From the NCBI GenBank assembly GCA_038496445.1, contig JALMLS010000354.1:310001-374000 (forward strand): a stretch of DNA of 64,000 bases. The letters are read 5' to 3'. Shown in pieces: positions 15,001 through 24,596 of the stretch (its first letter is position 1; every line of letters starts with the position of its first letter). A model generated the notes under the pieces. It did not search any database and was not told where the DNA came from. It saw nothing but the letters and a program-made list of their open reading frames with translations. The stretch is from Trichosphaerium sp. ATCC 40318 (Eukaryota > Protista > Tubulinea). Both the position numbers and the translations under genes were made by a program.

Positions 15001-18000
15001 AAGAAAACAACTTCTAATCACCACAATTAGGCTTCAAGCAGGCGCTGATAAGTTACCTTCAGAAGCCTTCTCCTTCTTTATTGGTGGCGGTGAAAGTACT
15101 ACAACTGGAGAATTTCCAAGTGAAGTTTTACGTCTCATGAACGAAGAGATGCGTGGAGTACTTTGGGAGATGAGAAAAATCCCTCAATTCAGTAAAGTAT
15201 TTGATCACATCGAGGTACGATTTACAAACAACTATTCCAAGACAATCTTATCTTATTCTCATTTCTTTAGAAACACCCTGGCGCATGGGAGCGCTTCTTA
15301 AGCGCCAATGATGCTGAAGATCATGTTCCAGATTGTTGGAATGCAGAAGCTGCAATATCAAAAGTGTTGACATCTTTCTTCCAATTAGTTGTTGGCAAAG
15401 TAAGTTTGGTCGAAATTAATACTTCAATTCTTCTTGTTGACACTCTCGTTCTATAAAGGCCTTCAGGGAAGATAAGTTACTAGAATTAGGACGTAGATTT
15501 GTTCTTCAAGTGTTTGGTGATGAATTCAATTCACTCGAAGACTTTGACTTTGGTAACGTTGTAAAGGTATGCCAAAGACCCTTCTTTCAGATGTATTACT
15601 AATACATTAATAAGAACGAAAGCAAGCCTGGTAATCCTCTATTGCTCATTTCAACTCCTGGTTACGATGCTAGTCCATATGTTGACGATCTAGCAGCTCA
15701 ACATCCAGAAGTCAGCTACAAGTACAACTACACATTGAAATACAAACGACTAACTTGTGGCTACTAGAGCTATTGCTATTGGATCAGAAGAAGGTTACGG
15801 ACAAGCAGAGACTGCTATAAACGAAGCATCAAGATTTGGTGGATGGGTTGCCCTTAAGAATGTCCACATGGCTCCACAATGGCTCACAACAATCGAAAAG
15901 AAAGTCAGGTCAATGAACAAGCACAAAGACTTTAGACTCTTCATGACAGCATCTATTCATCCTCACCTACCTCAAAGTCTACTCCGTTTATCGGCTATGT
16001 TCATGTTTGAACCGCCACCAGGAATTAAGGTAAATATCAAATACAGTCACGTTACTCGTATCTAAATTCCATTCTTAGGCGAATATTCAAAGATCTCTAC
16101 AAGAATGGGGAACTGCTAAGATGGATAAACAACCTATTGAAAGAGCAAGAGTGTACTTCCTTCTCGCATGGTAAGTTATTGGTTTTACAAAGAGCTTTGG
16201 TGTTCTGTTTTGGTTGTTAACTTAATGGATAGGTTCCATGCTGTTATACAAGAAAGACGTAGGTACATACCATACGGATGGTCTAAGATGTTCGAGTTTA
16301 ATGAAACAGATAAGAAAGTCGCTCAAAAATGTGTTGGTACGAATCTATCTTATTACATTAACTTGCGTTTTATCAACCACGTGCTTATTAAACATTAGAT
16401 TATTGGATTGGTTCTGTGAGTGAAGGAAGAGATACTGTATCTCCTGATACTATTCCATGGTCTGCTATGCGTCGCTTGCTAGGTCATACTATCTATGGTG
16501 GTCGCGTTGACAATGAGTTTGATCAAAGACTCTTAGACTCGTTCCTTTCACATCTCTTCCAACCAGACGCCTACAAAGACGACTTTTCTCTTGTTTTAAG
16601 TACAAGCCAAGATGGTAAGCCCATGTCCTTGTGAAGCAAAGTTTAAACCTCTCTAGAATTACAAGTCAAGCTGCCAAAGAGTACTAGAAGAGAAGACTTT
16701 GTGAGATGGGTTAGTTGTTTTTCTTACACCAAAACAGGACTTCTCGATGCTAATGTTTTTACTAGGTTTCTACGTTACCAGAGTGGACGCCTCCAGCATG
16801 GCTCGGTTTGTCTCCAAACGCTGAAGTGATTATACTCAAGACAAAAGCAAAACGTGTTGTGTTTAATCTACAACAGATGCAACTCCTTCAAGCCACCGAT
16901 GATGTTTCTGAACAAGTACTTTATTGTTTCAAGGTTGTAATTTAACTCACGCAATAGGAGGGTGGTGGAAATAAAGAAAAGCTAAAACAGCTCGAAACCA
17001 TAGCCACAGACTGGGTAAAACTGCTTCCTAAGGTAAGAAAAAACAGGTCCACGGTCTCGCAAGTTTGGCGTTCTGTCAAAGAAAAACATGGACTGATTTG
17101 TTTTGTAGGATATCAAATCTCCAACTGAAAAAGGAGCTGATAAATCATCTCCACTATGGCGTTACTTTAATAGAGAAGTAAATCAAGGCGCTTCACAACT
17201 CAAGAAACTCCACAAGGACCTTGACGAACTTACTCAGGTAAAACTAAAAGGAACCAGCCGATTGACAATTTCTTGACTCTTTTGCTCTTTTTTAGGCTTG
17301 TCAAGGCAAACTGAAGCATACAAATGATATCAGAGATCTTATGGATTGTATTGGAAGAGGTGACGTTCCAAAGGCATGGCTCAAATACGAGGTAAGAAAA
17401 AGCGAAGCTAACACAACAGAAATACTAATAACATCGGCGTAGATTTCACCATCAACACGTGTATCCGGATGGGTAAGGGATTTCACAAAGAGAACACGCC
17501 AGCTCACCTCAATTGGACAATCACTTGATGAAACACCAAAAGAGCAGCCAAGAATAAGCTTAAACATTGGGCTACTTCTTAATCCTGAACCATTCATCAC
17601 AGCAACACGTCAGGTAACTATTCAAAAAATATGATGTATTCATTTAATTAAATTCTTCACTAGGCTGCCGCACGTGCCAATGGATGGTCTCTAGAAAACT
17701 TAACTCTAAACTTGCGTATTGCTGACGAAGAGTTGAATGACGATTTACTAAAGAGTTGTCCAGCAGGAAGCTTCTACCTGAGCGGACTCAAGCTACAGGT
17801 ACAATTTATACATCTCCAAAAAGTAAATAACATACACAATAGGGTGCTGAATGGAAAGAAAACCACCTTGTCGTATCAACGTCTATGGAGGCTTCTATGC
17901 CACCGGCTCAACTTCTATGGGTAACCAACACAGACGCACCAAAAGACGAAGGGACAAAGGTAAAAGAACATTCAAAAAAAAACAAATTCTAATTTAGTTA

Positions 18001-18137
18001 TGAAGGTACTGGTTCCTTGTTATCTGACAGCAACTCGAAAGACTCTATTGTTTTCAGTTTATCTACATGCTCATGAAGAAGTTGATGAACATGTTTGGTT
18101 CCAAAGAGGTGTTGCTCTTATTGCCTCTAAAGTATGA
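39..18137 (+). CDS. DYNC1H1: Cytoplasmic dynein 1 heavy chain, 5'-partial (N-terminus lies upstream of the window), ~92 short introns
   Basis: Spliced translation contains the four AAA P-loops GPAGTGKT (~7090), GPAGSGKT (~8345), GPPGSGKT (~9845-9925) and GVSGGGKT (~11230). It also has [52 protein letters not shown], stalk/MTBD and tail motifs typical of the cytoplasmic (DHC1) class. Stop TGA at 18135-18137. Confidence 0.98.
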
Positions 18138-18554
18138 GCAAAAACAGAAAGACACGCTGTTTCGTGTACCTTCAATAAAACCCAGTTTCACTTTTTTGAG
18201 GTAACTTACAAAGGCAACTGAAAGATGACTAAAATACCCACTAAGTCATCCTCTACATTGTGTAGCATAACGTTAAACCATTTTCGCGTTAGCCGATACA
18301 CTATCTACACGTGAGCAAATATCGGGAGTATGGAATTTACCCGAGGCAACAGCTAAATTTGCCCGTTTTAAAAAGTTTCGAATTTTCATAGCACGTGAAC
18401 TCATGGAGTCTACTATTTGTCCGCCCTTGTAGTACTTGTGAGGTAAATAATAATGACTAGCATAAGCAAGATTTGTGTGTTCATTAATTTAAGTTATCAG
18501 TCAAAGCGTTTAAGTTTTTTTATTATTCGAACATACTCAACAAAGCAACTCCTT

Positions 18555-19950
18555 ATGACAACAACTGTTATCAATAATCTTAAAACCCTGATTGAGAAAG
18601 GTATCAAAGCTTGTTATACAGCCATGGTTCCACGCTAATCTTCTTTGTAAGACTACGAAGCACATCATGTTGAATACAACACAGACTACTGTAATCATAT
18701 GCTACACATGTTGACAGCACTAAGCAATCTTGGAGGTACCTATTAGATCTAGACTTAGCAACTAAACTCATGAACATTGTATAGCACCAGAAGATGTACT
18801 TCTCGAAGCTTACCAAAGATACGAAAAAAACACAGGCTTTGGTAGTCGGTCACATTCTACAGTAAATCTAACACTTTTTTCGTCAGATTTCAGTTTAATA
18901 CCTAAACTACAACCTTCGAAAGATACTGCTATAACGCTTGACAATTGGAAGGATTACTTGGGCAATCGTACACACTTTGCAGAGTATTGTGACTTCTTCA
19001 AGAACGAGCTAGTAAGACTCGGTTCTCAGAAAGCTCTGGCAAGAGAACACCTGCTGTTGACTAAATTGATAGTTTTATGTAGATTAATTGCTATGTACCG
19101 GAGCTTAGTAAAGGTATCATGGGCTCCCTTCTTCATCCAATGATTCATATTGGATTCGCTTTAAAGAGTGGGGTTGGTATTGCAGTATGTTCAGGACTAG
19201 CATATTTGGCGTACGCTCTTGAACCACTAGGACAACTAAACGAAAAAGGTTAACATTGTACTGATGTTGAAAAGTTTTTACTGAATATCTTGTTCAAGGT
19301 GGAGACGAGAATCTAACATCGCTTGTGTCCAGTATTACAGGTGATGCGGTTTTGAATAAATGTGTTGATGGTGTGTTCGGCTTTCGTCTACGAAAAGCAA
19401 AACTCCAAGAAAAGGGGTTAAAAGAAATAGTGGGATATGTTAACAAATGGAAATGTGAAGATTCAAAAAAAGGGATGATGGAACTTCAGAAAGCTAGTGT
19501 CCATTTATTCGGAAACTCAGGTTGTACTAACTTTGTTCTTGTACATGTCGTCACTTGTGCTTATGCTGTGAAACAGGTAAAACAATATTTTACATGTTAT
19601 CAATCTATCAGTCGCGCTCACTCCCTTAGATTCTCGACGTTTTGAAGAATGAGAAAGATAAGATCACTCTTCTTCGTGAATTCGTCCAAGCGATAATCTT
19701 GGCCTTCTTGTCCCAACCAGAGCGCACATTTGATACAAAGCCTCCCAAGACATCAAAGTCATGGGACGAAATATCTAAGATTGCTGTGAGCCACATTGAC
19801 GAACACGTGATGAAAGCTGTTTTGGCTTGTAAAGATTTCGATAAAGAAATGAATCTCCAGTTCCTTAAGGACGTTGCAGCTCATACTTGCTCTCAAATCA
19901 AGATCACTAAAGAAGATTGGTTAATCGACCAAGCACGAAAATCCGATTAA
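18555..19950 (+). CDS. Questin oxidase-like (DUF4243/AflY family) protein, multi-exon
   Basis: Spliced motifs YCNHMLHMLTALSNLG, WKDYLGNRTHFAEYCDFFKNEL, GSLLHPMIHIGFAL, GLAYLA, NFVLVHVVTCAYA and DEHVMKAV match the family pattern. Stop TAA at 19948-19950. Confidence 0.8.
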
Positions 19951-20373
19951 AGTCCAAATAAAGACGTAGTTTAGATTACACGACGAATCGTTTTGTCAAA
20001 AAAAAAAAAAAACGCATGATTTTTTAAGTATGCCATGCTATAATGGAGACTGTTTGATTGTGCAAAGCCACTTTAGGAGTAGCTTAAATAATTGACAGAG
20101 AAGTGCTTTACGGCCACTCAAGAATAATTTACCGAATAAGAACTGTATAGCACATTTTCAGTTAAAGGCACATAACTTAAAGTATAGAAGTTGCAGTCTT
20201 GCTTCAGTTCTATTACTATGAAGCAAAAATTGTTTTACCTACTGAGGGAAACTACGTCAATGCTGTCGCTGCCAGTGGAACTTCACCACACCATTTTCAT
20301 TGAATTAATTTTTGGTTGTCACCTAACATAGACTCCCAGTCTTTATTTACAACTGGTAACGTTCGCTACCGTT

Positions 20374-20754
20374 TCATACGTAATGCACAGCTACAAAAAG
20401 GGCTTGTAGTGTAAATAACGTTGCGTTGACTCCCAATCCAATGTAAAGGTTGTTTAGAATGGATACAGAGAACCACCACATACCAATGGCCATAACAGCA
20501 TTAATAACGGAACATATGGGAGCAGTTAGCATCGTCATCATTGCAAATGCTGTAGAAGGCCTATTTCCTGGCTTCATATCTGTTCTAATCTTATCACCAA
20601 TAGCGCATGGTACAAACAAACCTGGAAAGTGTTAAACCTGGCACAGTGGTCGCTAAGTACCTAAAAAACCGACTGCGATACCTACAGAAGACCATACACC
20701 CAAAGATACGGCGAATACAACTACATCTAAAAACATGCTCATGTCGGAGCTCAT
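20374..20754 (-). CDS. Small (~113 aa) multi-pass membrane protein of unknown function, one intron (~20623-20661)
   Basis: ATG at 20754. A GT-AG intron joins ...GIAVGFL-G-LFVPC... in frame, giving about three hydrophobic segments. Confidence 0.6.
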
Positions 20755-21657
20755 GTTAGTGATGTATGTTATTTAAAGTATTGGCTCGTTAAGCCAAGCT
20801 GTGCGTTGTCATTATCGGAAAGAGAATTGGTTTTTTTTTGCGTTAATTGTCTTCTTTCACCTTGTAAATCGTTCACGTAATATATTTTGGTGCAACACAA
20901 TGTGACTTTCCATAAACATGCTTCTACAGCGCACTTTACAGCGCTGTTGTAGCGTAGCGTTCTCAAAATTCGTTAGAGTTCTATTTGAAAATAGCCACGT
21001 GGCAAGAACCAATAATTAGCTTTGATGCAATTACAAGTCATTTAACAAGCTAATTGAAAATTTGCTCATGTCATAACGGACTTGACCGCTTGGTCACGAA
21101 GCATGAGATCCTTGTTTATTCCAGACACACAATAAAACTACAACCAAATAACTTTTTGCACCTTATACAAACCCGTCGTTCAATCGGATGGGGTATTGGT
21201 AGAATGACAGGGGCACCTAATGACAGTGATGGTATTTTGGGTATTCTGAAACTCGACGAGTCCAATACTCCAAGTTTATTATTGTGTAGAGATTCCGGTT
21301 ATGACAGGTTTTCAAAAGAGAGTCAAGAAAGCGTAATGGAATTTCTGGATTAATCACAACAAATAGACGTTGGCCTCTTTTGTATGTGCAAATTACTACA
21401 TACTCCACGTGCTACAAAAAGACAACAACGTTTATTTTTTGCAGATTTGTTACATTCCTTTTACTATTTCAACAGGCAACCTTTGCCTTAGGGTTTGCAA
21501 CTTACCTACTCATTGACTCGGCAAGGATAATTATAACAGTGAAACATCGTCGTGTAGTTTCGCGTGTTTTGTGGTTATGTGAAATCGGGATTACATCGGA
21601 CAAACTCTTGAAAAACTCGTTACACCTTTTCACTCAAAAAACTATTATCACCTTACA

Positions 21658-22054
21658 ATGAGCAACTTTCTTTAATACCGACACTATCCCTGGCTATTCT
21701 TTTTGTAGTCTTTATGTTCGCATGTCCAGTATCAGGAAACGACGAAGAGGTAGAATCGTGCATAGGCAAATGGTGCTCAAGGCTGTATCGAAAAGACGGA
21801 GGTTCGGGAACTTATTGCGCTGACCGTTGGGGATCTTGCCCTGCAAAGAGTTATAGTGGCGTACGCACTTCTCCATTGTCTACGCTGTTCAACTTTAGAC
21901 TCACTTCAAAGTATAGTATGCCAACATATCAGGCAAGAAAAACTGTGGTAAACGATGCAATCAGAGAACACCAAGCGCTGGAAGATGTAACAACCACGAT
22001 GGTACCATGGTAACTGCTGTAAGTGGGGATGTAACCCGCTATAAATGTAATTAA
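21658..22054 (+). pseudogene. Cys-rich cationic secreted peptide gene with an apparent 1-nt frameshift after the ATG (pseudogene or assembly error)
   Basis: The signal-peptide-like LIPTLSLAILFVVFMFACPVSG is out of frame with ATG 21658 (atg agc aac ttt ctt taa). A phase-0 intron at 21861-21916 joins two Cys-rich exons. Confidence 0.5.
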
Positions 22055-22502
22055 GCGAATCTATATAGTAACCACAACCATGTTGTATGTGACTTGGTAT
22101 CTCAGTGGCAGTGTTAAGCAAACTATAAATAAATTGGTTTGAACGTGTTTGAAGGCATCAATACCTGTCATGTTGTTTTCGTTGTGAATTCTTAACTACA
22201 GCAGAAAGTGAGTAAATTACAGCGGTTGTAAAAGTTCATTATTAACAAACTAACAGAAGTTGCAAGATATGTCAGATTTGACTAAACACAAAAACCAAAC
22301 GTCACGTGGCACAGTTTTGCAAACTTGAATAATACGGACAATATAAATTACAAGGCATGCGAATAATTGTGATAACATACGTATATGCATTTAGAAGTCA
22401 ATTTGTGGTAGCCTGTAGAAAATTAGTGCAGTCTGTTGGGGCTATAGTTTTCCGAAAACAAAAATTTGAAGTGTAGAAAGATGCATAGCTAGGGCAGTCC
22501 AC

Positions 22503-22575
22503 TAAACTAGAAAGCGCCTGGTTCACTTACGGTCGGGTCCTCGCTGTGCTCGGAACTAGAAACCGACCTTCGCTC
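22503..22575 (-). mobile_element. Possible tandem Helitron/Helentron-type 3' termini (GC-rich subterminal hairpin + CTAGT)
   Basis: The minus strand reads GAGCGAAGGTCGGTTTCTAGT and then CCGAGCACAGCGAGGACCCGACC...GGCGCTTTCTAGT. This is a GC-rich patch in AT-rich intergenic DNA with a GGTCGG/CCGACC inverted repeat. Confidence 0.3.
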
Positions 22576-22907
22576 ACATATAGTGATCCATTGGTGGGTA
22601 TAGGCATTCGGTTTTTGTATCGAATTCTATTTTTTCGAATTTTATCTTTCGAAAAATTCGGAAAAAACGTGGGTCCGCAGTCGTTGAATAGATTAAATCA
22701 AAAGGGTGCTAATACCACTTATTTAAGTGGTAGTACATGACGATCATGCCGTTGCATCATAAGTTAAGTCCTCATGAAGCTGTAAACAGCTATTCTCATG
22801 AAACAGTTGCAAGGAAAGGTAACTACTAGCACTTCATTTAGCCAAAAGCTATTACAATATTTCATGTTTTTAATGATATCTCTTGATCTAAGGTACTAGA
22901 TCACCAA

Positions 22908-24296
22908 TTAATTCCTATACTTTGTATAAAGTTGCCTGCGTCTAAAGTTGAAAAAATTGTTTCTCAACTTACTCACATCCACTGTTTTTTTCTGTCTACC
23001 ATTTCTGTAAATATTTAGACTTTTTAGTTCGCCATTCATTTCCCAAATCTTTTCTTCTCCTTCTTTCCTTCCATTGACATACCAACATTGACTCTTTGGC
23101 TTACCTGCATAATACCAATGCTTTTCTTCTTGTTCCTTGTTGCCATTGATATAAAAACAACAACTCCTCAGCCGTCCATTTTCATACCATGACTTCAGTT
23201 CTCCTTCCGGTACACCATTCTTATATGAACATTGCTTCTGTAGTTTACCGCCAACAGAAAAAACCTTCTCAATTCCTTCTTTACGACCTGACATATAAAA
23301 TGCTTGTCTGGCTAATGTTTTATTCTCATAAAAATCTTTCTTCTCTCCTTCAATCTTACCTTTTACATAACAGCATTGTGACTTTATTTGGCCATTTGTA
23401 TGCCATTCTCTAAACTCTCCTTCTTTAACTCCATCAACATAATAACAATGACTCTTTTCACGTCCATCCAAATACCAACAATGTTCTTCTCCTTCTATCT
23501 TACCGTTTATGTAAGAACATTGACTTTTTAAACAGCCACTCCCATGCCAGGTTTTTTGCTCTCCATCCTTCACCCCTTTGTTAAAAGCAGAATGAGTTTT
23601 CAATTGTCCTGTAGAATACCACTCCTTATCTTCACTTCTACCGCCAACACCAAGAGGGTAAACATGGCGACGCATTTTGCCATTGTCAAAGAACTGTTTT
23701 TCTACTTTGAACCCATCTACCATAGAGTATTCCTTCTCTAACTTACCGTCATCAAACCAGTATTTCGCTTTCACTTCTTCTTCTATACCATTAACAAAAT
23801 GACGATGTTGGATTAAGGTGCCATTCCTGTGCCATAACTTGTACTCTCCATGAATCTTACCATTTACATAAAAGGTGTGTTCATATAAAACCCCGGATGT
23901 TGTCCAATTCTTGTACTCACCATCAAGGTGATCATTAACAAACCAACATTGTTTTGTCAGTGAACCAAATTCTGTCCAAGTTTTAAAGTGTCCGTCTTTA
24001 TATCCATGAGAATACCTCATCTCTGTCACTTTTTGGTTACCATTGTACCTTATCCATTTACCTTGTTTTTTAAGCTCACGATCAAACCTGGAGCATACCG
24101 CAGCTACTTTTGATAACAGTGGCCATTTAATATAAACATAACTATCCAGGTCCATTATATCTAGTTGGAGCTCCACTGGAAGCAAAAGTGGACTCCTTTC
24201 ATCTTTTGTTTGGCTGTCAGCAGATAACTATTTCATTTATTAATAATAGGTAAACGCTACTAGCCTTACTCGTAGGTTATTACGTTTCAAAGCCAT
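22908..24296 (-). CDS. MORN-variant (MORN_2/YwqK-like) repeat protein with an F-box-like N-terminus; single 5' intron 24228-24269
   Basis: About 14 repeats of G-x-[KH]-[ED]-G-E-x-K-x-W-[YH]-x-x-G-x-L-x-x-x-x-x-Y-x-[ND]-G (~24 aa), preceded by LLPVELQLDIM. Exon 1 MALKRNNLR joins in phase 0 via gtaagg...aaatag. Confidence 0.85.
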
Positions 24297-24596
24297 TTTT
24301 AATATTAGTTCCTTCAGTATGAATTGTGTTTATTGAAAAACTTGTTGACCGTCGTTCCAAAATATGGTTATCAAAAAAGATGGTATGAACAAAAGGATCA
24401 ACCTGTGATTGTCAACTTACTTTGGTGTAACAGCGTAGCCGCAAAATGTTCTTGGATACTTATAGTACAGACGTTGTCAATTCCTCAATGTATCGATGGA
24501 AAATAACGACAAACAAGTTGTACAAAGTTCTTTTTTTTTTACCGTTTACAAAAACAAAATAGTGGTGAAGTTTTTTTTTCAATAATTATAAAGCTG

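Noticed and set aside
21054-21661. ORFs 21054-21353 and 21380-21661, with a possible intron at 21382-21444
   Set aside because: No coherent start-to-stop gene model or recognisable motif; may be a remnant but cannot be supported.
22531-22568. Hammerhead ribozyme candidate (stem + GAAA)
   Set aside because: Lacks the CUGANGA core.
24228-24236. ATG-AAA-TAG in frame with the MORN ORF, suggesting TAG recoding or a pseudogene
   Set aside because: The TAG is explained as the 3' splice site of a 42-nt intron joined to an upstream ATG exon. TAG is a normal stop at 35990, and I saw no in-frame TAG in dynein exons.
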